Shown here piece by piece: positions 25,600 through 36,480 of a DNA stretch of 64,000 bases; position 1 is the stretch's first letter; each line of letters begins with the position of its first letter. The notes under the pieces are model-generated. The model worked only from the letters and a program-made list of their open reading frames with translations. It did no database searches and was not told the origin of the DNA. This DNA is from Octopus sinensis (Eukaryota), in the NCBI RefSeq assembly GCF_006345805.1, contig NW_021834221.1, positions 8,063 to 72,062 of the forward strand, given 5' to 3'. A program made the translations under genes and the position numbers.

Positions 25600-25835
25600 G
25601 CACCCATCATCGACTCTATCACAGCACCGACTCCTTCACCTGCACTTCTACCTATATAATCTACTGCATCACCTGCTCTCTCTGCCCTTCTCTATACATC
25701 GGGCAAACGGGACACCGCTACGCTGATCGGTTCGCGGAACACCTCCGAGACAAACGACTCGGCAATGACACTCCGGTCTTGCGCCTTTTCTGTTCTACCG
25801 GTCACCCTTTGCAACACCTGTCTGTGTTCGAAATC
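25600..25835 (+). mobile_element. Penelope-like element GIY-YIG fragment (different family from 13745)
   Basis: FTCTSTYIIYCITCSLCPSLYIGQTGHR.ADRFAEHLRD..PV..F.S.GH is the PLE GIY-YIG signature. Confidence 0.88.
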
Positions 25836-26073
25836 ATTGGTCGAAAATTCCCTATACTGATCTGTCAGTTTCGGCTAATTCCGTAGCCTCATCAGTAGGG
25901 ACCACTCAATTCAGCAGATTCCGAACTTAATTTTCTGTCAGTACATATGAATTCACCATAAAAATCTATGGATGATTTAGTGAATCGCTCAAGTATTTTC
26001 AGACAATTAATATAGACAGGGGATACTTAATTGTCCTAGACATGACTAGGGCGTTAGAACGGTGACCAGTAAT

Positions 26074-26378
26074 AAAGTCACAATTTTGGCTAGGAAAAAA
26101 AGTCACAATTTTGGCTAGGAAAAAAGACAATATTGGCTAGGAAAAAAGTCACAATTTTGGCTTGGAAAAGACACAATTTTGACTAGGAAAAAAGACAATA
26201 TTGGCTAGGAAAAGTCACAATTTTGGCTAGGAGAAGAGTTACAATTTTGGGTAGGAAAAAGTCACAATTTTGGCTAAGAAAATAGTCACAATTTTGGCTA
26301 GGAAAAAAGGCAATATTGGCTAGGAAAAGTCACAATTTTGGCTAGGAGAAAAGACACAATTTTGGCTAGGAAAAAAGA
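26074..26378 (+). repeat. Minisatellite, about 13 units of about 22-25 bp (GTCACAATTTTGGCTAGGAAAA)
   Basis: Direct reading; a shorter variant GACAATATTGGCTAGG recurs three times. Confidence 0.95.
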
Positions 26379-27660
26379 CAGAGGTAAGTACAGAGGTAAG
26401 TCGTAACAATCTTTAATGCGTCAAATAAAATGTTTTGTTGTAGGTCATTCGTTTCTTGAAGTTCTGAATCTCATCCAAATCAATTTTACCTTTTATACTT
26501 TCAGGACCAATAAATTTATGCTTCTTTGAAGCATTGAGATCGATGAAATCGTCTTGCTTCTTCACGTCAAAATTGCTGACCTACCACACTGCAATGCATC
26601 AGCGTTCTGTTCGGTGTTATGTTGTTATTTTCATCAGTTATACGCCATGAAAACCAATTAACCAGTTAACCAGTTAACCGGCGTTATGACACTTCGAGCA
26701 CGAGAAAATAAATTCTAACTTGATATTTTTATCTCCTAGAGGTTAACATTATTAAGAGGTGAATAAATTATATGAGGGAAATATGTATATATTAATTCTT
26801 CACACGTTCCAACAAATATATTAGTCATCAACAAGTAGTTTGGTGTTAATTGAATCATCTAATTGGTGTTAAATGAATCTCACGTTGAGATTCATTGATA
26901 GGAGGTTTCTTCGTATAATCATTTATTCTGTTTGTTTTAATCAATGAACTGGGCACATGCAGAGTCAGTCGATCAATTGTCCCCAAAATTTATTTTTTAT
27001 CCAAACAGTTATGTTATAGGGGATCGTTTGTCAGGTGATATGAGGGCAAACGTAAAGACATGCATACATTATAGTTTATAACCCTGAGGAGCTTCCACCA
27101 ATTTCAGTCTACCGAATTTACTCACATGTTTTGCTTGCTAGGGACTGCAGCAATGAAAGATATTTACCCAAGCCGCCACGCTGTGAGACTTGATCGAAAC
27201 CAAATGGCTGCAAAATGATCTTCTTCATCACAAAGACACAACGGTGCCTAAAGCGGTCCATGTGTGCATTAACCGATTACGGGATAGTCTCTATAGTTCG
27301 CGTGTACAAACGTTTAAAGATCTTTAAAATGCAGATTGAGTTTGGGTCGGTCAAAAATGGCGAAATGCAAAATTAAATTTATATTTAACCGTTTGGGCCC
27401 TGACCTCATGAACCTCATTTGACCATCAACCTGGCAACCCACCAGTCCTACGGTATAGAGCGGTGCTATAGTATGCAGAAAAATAAAGCTTTCCACCAGT
27501 AAACTGGTGTTAGGGGCTCACAAGATTAAGCATACAACCAGAGGTAGTGAGTAAATTCTTGCCCAAATAATAATTAGCGTATGATGCAAATTAAGACAGT
27601 GGATTGGTAAAGATGAAGGAATATTTAATTAAAAGCTATATGTAGTATGGTAGCGTTTAA

Positions 27661-27890
27661 GGCGGCGAGCTGGCAGAACCGTTAGCACGCCAGACGAAAT
27701 GCGTAGTCGTATTTCGTCTGCCGTTACGTTCTGAGTTCAAATTCCGCCGAGGTCGACTTTGCCTTTTATCCTTTCGGGGTCGATAAATTAAGTACCAGTT
27801 ACGCATGAGGTCGATATAATCGACTTAATCCGTTTGTCTGTCCTTGTTTGTCCCCTCTGTGTGTAGCCCCCTGTGGGTAGTAAAGAAATA
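27661..27890 (+). mobile_element. SINE family B monomer with a long TSD
   Basis: Full head to GTAGTAAAGAAATA; flanks GCTATATGTAGTATGGTAGCGTTT (27635) and GCTATATGTAGTATTGTAGCATTT (27891). Confidence 0.93.
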
Positions 27891-28429
27891 GCTATATGTA
27901 GTATTGTAGCATTTTATTTTGACTCCTTACATCTTAATTTCAATTCCTACTGCGGTCAATTTAATCTTTTAACATCTCGACGTTAAAATGGAGTATTTTT
28001 GAAAGTACCGACCGATTTAATCGGCTGACACCTTTCAAGTAAATGGCAAGTAAGTTATAAGTAAATATTCGATGCGAACGTTTAAGGATTGGCGGTCGAC
28101 TTTGAATAAATAAAAGCAGTCGAGAAAATTATTTGTAGACGGAAAGTTAAGCATACAAAGATGAAAAATGATGAACGATTAAATCAGCTGTGATGAAAGA
28201 AGTGAGCTGAAACAAGCAAAATGTGGACGAATAAAACACTGATTGGCCAATAGGAAAACAAAGGAAGGATATTAATGCAGCAAACATTACACAGATTGAC
28301 GGAACGATGCGGAGAATAAATATAAATAATTTATAGAAGAAATAAATCCAGAAAATCATAGAACAAATCATTAACGATGTAACTAAAGACTGGCGTAGTT
28401 AAATGTCGAAACGTTGCAGATAAATACGA

Positions 28430-28700
28430 CCAAACAACTAATCAAAGCAAACGAAGTATAAGAACGTCGGAGAGAAGACTATGAGGTCGAAAACAAGGTG
28501 TAAAGATAATTAAGACGGGAAATTCCGTTTGATATCGAACAAGAACTAGAAATCACTTCAGAAGAATTTACACACGCAATTAAGGAACTAAAATGGTTTA
28601 AATACCCCAGAAGACATTACGGTAATGTATAGGGTTGTTAAAACAGGGAGATGGTATGTAAATGTGGGTCTTTCTAAAATTGGTATAGTGTTTTACGTTG
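28430..28700 (+). mobile_element. Highly decayed LINE (RTE-like) pre-RT region
   Basis: LIKANEV*ER.RE and ELEITSEEFTHAIKELK..K.P resemble the 'EEV.ERW.EY' and 'IT.EE...AIK.LK..KAPG' motifs. The match is weak. Confidence 0.35.
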
Positions 28701-29429
28701 AAGAAAATCACTCCGTCAATTGACAGAATTATTTGTTATACGATGACTACAGCATGGAAAATACAATAAAATGAAAAAGAATTAACGGTATAATTAGTTT
28801 AATTACCAGCTATTTCCAAGTGATACTTCTCTGCGTTTTACTTGCTCGAATAAACCCAACGATAAAATGGAAACTTTATGATGAGATCGTATTGTTTCCC
28901 AGCAGGAAGAGACATTGTTTAGAAGTTTTGCAATGGCTGACTGTTAAAATTCTCGGAAGAAAAGTCAGGATTTTATCACAATTTTACTGGCGATAAAAAG
29001 AAAACTTTGACAATATCTGCTACGGCACCCCATATTTTCAGGCTCTCATTGTTATTCTATAATTATTTCTTTATTCAACCTTTTAAATTTATGATTCGAG
29101 TGGCAGGGGGCAGTGTAATTTGTAACAGGTTCCCTATAACCAAGTCACCGTTTACCTGCATTTCTGACGACCAGGAAATAAAGGGAGTGTCTACAACTAG
29201 GTATAGAGAACTTATCATTCGGTACTTCGTTCATAAAAGATGCTTTTCTAGGATTTCACACGTACATAATCGTCGTCAATGAATTAATATGATGAAAGAT
29301 TCACTCAATCTAACACAGACACACACATGAACACATACATACACAGATTAATAATATATATGTATATATATATATATACATACGCCTAAATTATTGTATT
29401 CTATGTATATATATATATATATATATATT

Positions 29430-29640
29430 AATAAAAGGAATTCCAACCTTGTCTGAATTTCACGTTTTATTTACATTCTTATAATGATATAATATAATAT
29501 AATATAACAGACTAAAATAAAATAGTAGAATGCTAAATGTTCATTCTGATTGAACTAGTACTTTCATGCATTAAATTATGCAATCTTCAGGTTCATGTAG
29601 TAGTGGTGACAGTCATGCTTCACAATTTTTGACTGTATAT
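29430..29640 (-). mobile_element. PLE-type pseudo-LTR fragment containing a hammerhead motif
   Basis: Hammerhead at 29551-29595 followed (minus strand) by an A-rich ..GTAAATAAAACGTG end. Confidence 0.65.
29551..29595 (-). ncRNA. Minimal type I hammerhead ribozyme motif
   Basis: UGAAC-CUGAAGA-U-UGCAU-aauuua-AUGCA-U-GAA-AGUACU-A|GUUCA: 5-bp stem I, intact core, 5-bp stem II, palindromic stem III, UA cleavage triplet end. Confidence 0.75.
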
Positions 29641-29671
29641 ATATATATTTGTATATATATATATATGTATG

Positions 29672-29704
<33 letters not shown>

Positions 29705-29900
29705 CATACGCCTAAATTATTGCATTGCATGTATATATATATATATATGTATATATGCATATATATATATCCAGATGATTTCTTTTGAATGAAACAGTTC
29801 TAGTCTGTAGAAGCTCCGTCTATATAATAAATTAATTTACTCTGCTATGTATTGAGTACCTTATTTACTGTGGTTAACCCCGACTCAACCCGGGACCTAC

Positions 29901-29975
<75 letters not shown>

Positions 29976-30196
29976 ATACATGCATATATATGTGTGTGTG
30001 TATGTATATTAGATAGATGGATACATAGATAGATGGAGAGAGAGGAGAGAGAGAAAGAAAAATATAAATGTATATAACGCCAGGTTGTCACAAGATCATG
30101 ATTCATAATACGTAAGTAAACGTAGATGAAGATACACGGTGAGGTAGTAAAATAAAATTATCTATGTATGCGTTTATATCTATCTATCTATCTACC

Positions 30197-30256
<60 letters not shown>

Positions 30257-30371
30257 AATGCGTGTGAGTGTGCATATGTACTTACATGATATAAAAATAC
30301 ATATACGTTTATACTTTCCAGACGTACCAATGTGAATATGTATAATTATATATATATGTGTGTGTGTACGT

Positions 30372-30409
<38 letters not shown>

Positions 30410-30499
30410 ATATATATATATGTATATATATAAATATTTAAAGATGAATCGATAAAAAAATTCTCCATATCAAAGATAAATATCTTTGAATTATATATG

Positions 30500-30554
<55 letters not shown>

Positions 30555-30997
30555 TATATATATATAATATATATATATGTACGTATATGTATATATATAT
30601 ATCTATGTACGTATGTATATATATATACTTCCATACCCATAACAGACACAACTTTGTGTGGAACACGCTGGTACAATTCTATGGTTGCGGTGCGTAAAAT
30701 CGGTAGTGTTCTGACCTTTCTTGGTTCGCTGCAGGCCTGCTTCTCAGTTACCCGAATCTGTCTTCTTACACTTCCATTGCTCAGCCATTGAACTCTTTCT
30801 TTGAAACTATAGAAATTTTAGATCAAATATATTAAAACATCAGTCATATGTATGAATTCATAAGCAACCGTGTGATGGCATAAATGTCTTTATTCATCGA
30901 ACACAAGTCTATGTTCGCATTGTGTTAATAGAGAAGACTTTATGAAAAGAATTTTTTGGCGCAGCTTGAGCAGAAGTGTGTGAAAGACATTACATTC

Positions 30998-31049
<52 letters not shown>

Positions 31050-31109
31050 GTACGTATGTATGTATGTGTGTATGTATATATGCATGTATATGTATGAATG
31101 GATTATATA

Positions 31110-31461
31110 CAGTGATACTTCGCAGTACGAGTTGAATTCGTTCCATGATCGAACTCGTCTTACGATTTACTGGTTTTGCAAGTCAATTTTTTCCATTGAA
31201 ATTTACTAAAATATAATTAAACCGTTCCAGCGCCATAGTATCACTCAAGAATAATAATTTTTTATAGGTTGTAAAATAGAAAAAGTTGTAGTTACAAGTA
31301 AAATGACAATTATTAAGAGAGACTGCGACAGAAATGTGTAAACTGGTCTTATTAACTGAATTACCTTAAAGATGGGCCGATTTGTGTGTTCGTACTGCGG
31401 ATGTTGGCTCGTACAGCAAATTACTCGTAAAATGATACTCTCGTACTGCGAGGTTTTACTA
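31110..31461. mobile_element. pogo/Tigger-type MITE
   Basis: TIRs CAGTGATACTTCGCAGTACGAG and (reverse complement) TAGTAAAACCTCGCAGTACGAG, with TA on both sides. Confidence 0.8.
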
Positions 31462-31469
31462 TATATAGA

Positions 31470-31785
31470 GAGAATTTACAAAAAAAAAGCACGAAGGCGG
31501 GTGTGTAAACAACAAACAGATCGATTAGTTTAATGCTCGGGAAGTGAGAAAGTCTTTTACGTTTCGAGCCTATGCTCTTCAACGGAACGAACACAGAAAT
31601 AAACAGGGAGAGAAAATAGAAAAAGGTTTCTATCATGGCGAATGCTGGACAGAGGGGTCACACAGGAGAGCTAGGAAGAAGGGGAGATAAGAAAGAAGTG
31701 GTGATCCAAAAACGAAGGTGCGCTTGCGTATGTATGTGAGAGCGTGTATGTGCGTGTGGAAGGGGGCTGGTGACTTTGACCTGTG
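31470..31785 (-). mobile_element. PLE-like 3'/pseudo-LTR fragment with a decayed hammerhead
   Basis: Reverse complement reads CCGTTGA-A-GAGC-atag-GCTC-GAAA-CGTA at 31557-31585. Confidence 0.6.
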
Positions 31786-32110
31786 CGGGACTTATTCTTT
31801 TGTAAGCCCAGTACTTATTCTATCGGTCTTTTTTGCCGAACCGCTAAGTAACGGGGACATAAACACACCAGCATCGGTTGTCAAGCAATGCTAGGGGGAC
31901 AAACACAGACACACAAGCACACACACGCGTATATATATATACATATATACGACGGGGTTCTTTCAGTTTCCGTCTACCAAATCCACTCTCAAGGCTTTGG
32001 TCGGCCCGAAGCTATAGTAGAAGACACTTGCCCAAGATGCCACGCAGTAGGACTGAACCCAGAACCATGTGGTTGGTAAACAAGCTACTTACCACACAGC
32101 CACCCCTGCG

Positions 32111-32113
<3 letters not shown>
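31786..32113 (-). mobile_element. SINE family A lacking its 3' tail
   Basis: Head at 32113; truncated at CGGGACTTATTC. Confidence 0.9.
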
Positions 32114-32159
<46 letters not shown>

Positions 32160-32262
32160 TGCATACATATGTGTGTATCCAAGCCGTATGTATATGTGTG
32201 CATGTTGAAGAAGAGAGCTCTTAGATTCCCTGGATATGCTTATAGTCACTAATCTATCATAT

Positions 32263-32499
32263 ACTCTTACTTTTTACTCTTTTATTTGTTTCAATCATTT
32301 CACTGCGGCCATGCTGGAGCATTACCTTTAGTCGAACAAATCGACCCCAGGACTTATTCTCTGTAAGCCTAGTATTTATTCTATCGGTCTCTTTTGCTGA
32401 ACCGCTAAGTTACGGGGACGGAAACACACCAGCATCGGTTGTCATGTGATGTTGGGGGGGGGGACAAACACAGACACACAAACATATATACACACGTAC

Positions 32500-32530
<31 letters not shown>

Positions 32531-32584
32531 CGACGGGCTTCTTTTCAGTTTCCGTTAACCGAATCCACTCACAAGGCATTGGTC
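32263..32584 (-). mobile_element. SINE family A, 5'-truncated
   Basis: Tail and body present, head missing. Confidence 0.85.
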
Positions 32585-32631
32585 TGTCCTTATTCCCGTG
32601 GCAGTTCAAGAATTGCTGTTTCGTAACAAAT

Positions 32632-33019
32632 GGACGGAAGCACTCCGTCGTTTACGACGACGAGGGTTCCGATTGATCCGATCAACGGAACAGCCTGCTC
32701 ATGAAATTAACGTGTAAGTGGCTGAGCACTCCACAGACACGTGTACCCTTAACATAGTTCTCGGAGATATTCAGCGTGACACAGAGAGTGACAAGGCCGG
32801 CCCCTTTGAAATACAGGTACAACAGAAACAGGAAGTAAGAGTGAGAGAAAGTTGTGGTGAAAGAGTACAGCAGGGATCACCACCATACCCTGCCGGAGCC
32901 TCGTGGAGCTTTTTAGAGGTTTTTGTTCAGTAAACACTCTCAACGCCCGGTCTGGGAATCGAAACCGCGATCCTCTGACCGCGAGTCCGCTGCCCTAACC
33001 ACTGGGCTATTGCGCTTCC
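32632..33019 (-). mobile_element. SINE family E, full length, with 13-bp TSD
   Basis: tRNA-like head GGAAGCGCAATAGCCCAGTGGTTAGGGCAGCGG..GGTTTCGATTCCC; TSD TTTCGTAACAAAT at 32619-32631 and 33020-33032. Confidence 0.92.
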
Positions 33020-33728
33020 TTTCGTAACAAATACTCTTTTGATGAAGCAATTCAAAAACCGAAAGGATTGGTTGTTATGCAGAAAGAAGAAAATGCTTTG
33101 AATCATGTATACAAGGTGATAGGAAATATTTTCTCTCATTCGAACCATTACTGTCTTTGGTTGTAATTCTTATTTTGTTGCTCACATACCATACATTTGG
33201 CACGTTTTTTTTTTAACTTACCATTCCCAAATTATTGTGCTGTACTAAAGACAGCCTGAGTAAAATTCGAGTTCGTGCGGTCAAGTCTTACATAAGAATC
33301 ATATACATTTTGTCAAAGCCGGAACACAATTTCTGTCACGCTTGACAAATGAATATTTATGCTGATAGTATCGATTTTTGAATATGAATTCAGACGCCCG
33401 ATATATACTTTTGGTTCATTTCAGTTCATTGCTGCTAAATAACGCAATATGATTCTCGCTTATAATAAATGACTTTTACAAATAGAAACGTGAGTACATA
33501 TTTGGAGAAGAAGGCGACTCTTTCACCTGCATTATCTCTTAATTAATCAATTCTGTTTACGATTTCTCGAACATCCACGAGCAGCTGTCTTTTATTGTTG
33601 AATTAGAAAGTATTATACAACAGGTACATGAGGAGAACGATTCGACGAGATAATATATTCTCAAATTGCTACTAGTAACAGTATTAAGTTTAAGGTAACG
33701 TCATTCAAAAGATAGAACGTCTGTTAAA

Positions 33729-34325
33729 GGCGGCGAGCTGGCAGAAACGTTAGCACGCCGGGCGAAATACTTTGTGGTATTTCGTCCGTCGCTGCATTCT
33801 GAGTTCAAATTCCGCCGAGGTCGACTTTGCCTTTCATCTTTTCGGAGTCGATAAATCAAGTACTAGTTACGCACTGGGGGTCAATATAATCAACTCAATC
33901 CGTTTTTCTGTCCTTGTTTGTCCTCTCTGTGTTTAGCCCCTTGTGCGTAGTACAGAAATAGGTATTTCGTTTGCCGCTACGTTCTGAGTTCAAATTCCGC
34001 CGAGGTCGACTTTGCCTTTCATCCTTTCGAAGTCGATAAATTAAGTACCAGTTACGTACTGAGGTCAACGTAATCGACTTAAACCGTTTGTCTGTCCTTG
34101 TTTGTCTCCTCTGTGTTTAGCCCCTTGTGTGTAGTACAGAAATAGGTATTTCGTTTGCCGCTACGTTCTGAGTTCAAATTCCGCCGGGGTCGACTTTGCT
34201 TTTCATCTTTTCTGGGTCGATAATCAAGTACCAGTTACGCACTGAGGTCGATGTAATCGATTTAAACCGTTTGTCCATCCTTGTTTGTCCTCTGTGTTTA
34301 GACCCCAGTGGGCAATAAAGAAATA
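33729..34325 (+). mobile_element. SINE family B trimer
   Basis: One head; GGTATTTCG restarts at 33776, 33961 and 34145 (185 and 184 bp spacing). Confidence 0.93.
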
Positions 34326-35032
34326 AGAACATCTGTTAAAGTGTTATTACCTACATGTTCTGGATCTATACGTTTTGTGTTCAAATCCAGCCGAGATCAA
34401 CTTCGTTTTTTATACTTCGAATGTCAAAAATTAAATCGCAGGCACGTCTGGTGTTGATCTGAACACCTGTCTCCTCACGCAAAACTTCTGATTTTGTGAT
34501 CACCTAAGATTATCATACATATCATATATTCTCGTATACGCTATATCATATATTCTTGTATATATAATATATTATATATTTTTGTATATATTTCTATTCT
34601 TGTATAAACTAGAGTGTCTGTACCTGTCATTTGATTAAAAACGTTCGGTGTATACTTTTGCCATCGTGTCAGGAAATATGACGTACAGGAATTATAAATT
34701 ATCTTTTATCAATTTTCTTACTGCTTCTACAAAATGATGAAATGAATATTAATTTTCAAATAAAAATATTTGCTACCTTAAAATGAGGTAAAATGAGTCC
34801 AGATTTACTGAGGCAGGGTCTTGCACAGACGTTTCATGTCAGAATCAAAGGAAGACCCTTCCCTTCTGGAATTGTAACAGCGATGCATGCATGCATGCAT
34901 ACATACATACATACATGCATACATACATACATACATGCATACATACATGCATGCATACATGCATACATACATACATACATACATACATACATACATACAT
35001 ACATACATACATACTACATACATACATACATA

Positions 35033-35284
35033 CAGGGTGCGGCAGAATGGTTGCCTCGATTTCAAAGGTTAATAAAATACAAACACATAAAGATACCAGA
35101 AAATTCTTTGCATTTCTTACAAATGAACGATACTCTCGACTCCAGACGATGATAGGCAATACCTGAAACGGAAAGAAAATGGCATTGAATAAACTTCATA
35201 GAAATACAAATGTTTTCCATGCATCTTCATGTTTTCGTTTCTTATTAACCGTTGAAATCGAGGCAACCTTTCTGCGGCACCTTG
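35033..35284. mobile_element. Tc1/mariner-derived MITE
   Basis: 43-bp TIRs (CAGGGTGCGGCAGAATGGTTGCCTCGATTTCAAAGGTTAATAA) with 4 mismatches; TA at 35031-32 and 35285-86. Confidence 0.92.
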
Positions 35285-35328
35285 TACACACACACACACA
35301 CACACACACACACCACACACACACACAC

Positions 35329-35387
<59 letters not shown>

Positions 35388-35467
35388 CTTATTCTCAAAT
35401 TTGTTGGCCATATAGCGGTACGTAAGCCGACTCAGAAAATATCTAGTGAGTCTTGTTATTGATGTAC

Positions 35468-35498
35468 CTGAAGAGACCCAGAACGGGTCGAAACATGT
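35468..35498 (+). ncRNA. Hammerhead-like motif, probably inactive
   Basis: CUGAAGA-GACCC-agaac-GGGUC-GAA-ACAUGU is canonical, but position 17 is G and stem I does not pair. Confidence 0.55.
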
Positions 35499-36001
35499 GC
35501 CTTACCCAATAGAATATTACTCATTCCATCTATTTTATTACTATGTTTATCCCAACAGCCACTACGAAGTTTCCGCAATAAATCTACGGATAACAACAGA
35601 TAATCAAAACTATGCAGGTGATTTACTCATCATCTATATATACATTTTGTATAATTCCTCCATTATATATACATACATACATGCATTTATATATATACAC
35701 GCACGCACATATATATATATATATATATTGCTGTGTTTAGGGCGAGTCATCATACCAATATAGATAACACACGCACTGGTTCAATTCTTCAATTTCATAT
35801 ATCCAACTGACTAATAGATTGTTTAATTTGTTTTGCTTTTGCTTGTCAAAGTACTTTCGTTGCTACTTGCAACCTTTTCAGGGACTATTCATGTAGTCCG
35901 TTATAGAGGCCACTTTTTCGTGCTTGAGATCTTGTTGCGAGCGTGTTATACACACACACACAACACACACACACACACACACACAACACACACACACACA
36001 T

Positions 36002-36044
<43 letters not shown>

Positions 36045-36047
<3 letters not shown>

Positions 36048-36480
36048 ACATGCGACAAAAATGGATTTTATACAACAGGTGACGGCGACGTATCCTGTGA
36101 TTCGGTCGAGGTGACTCACCAAAAGAGTTTCACAAACCGAAGCTACGTCAGAAGAAACTTCCAATTATTGTTGCTTGTGTATTGGTAGTGGAATCGTCGA
36201 CAACGATTTGTTGAATGGGGTCGATGCCATCACATGGGGATGTATTGCATGGAAATCGGCAAAATTATCCAAGAACAACAGCGAACTCATTTCACATTAG
36301 TAAATCCTTCAGAACCGACTCCTCAGCACCCCAAAACACATTCCCTCTGACCACTTACGCTACAAAACTTTATCCTCATCAGCTTACTTCTCCCTAGATT
36401 TTTCACCCAATGACGATAATTTTTATCAGCCCGTCTTCGATAACATCCAACAAAGTGATACCTTGGTAGGAGGCTCAGTG
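36045..36480 (+). mobile_element. Decayed mariner (DD34D-type) transposase fragment
   Basis: VTCD(E)KWILYN..RR..PK.F.KPKL.QKK and a later TL.H..YSPD.SP.D..F-like segment, across frameshifts. Confidence 0.7.

Noticed and set aside
26074-26378. Regularly spaced repeats that could be mistaken for a CRISPR array (also the SINE B and RTE arrays)
   Set aside because: There are no unique spacers, no cas genes, and the context is eukaryotic.
32940-33019. tRNA-like heads of SINEs A, B, E and F as tRNA genes
   Set aside because: They have A/B-box-like motifs but no complete cloverleaf or acceptor stem, and they continue into SINE bodies.
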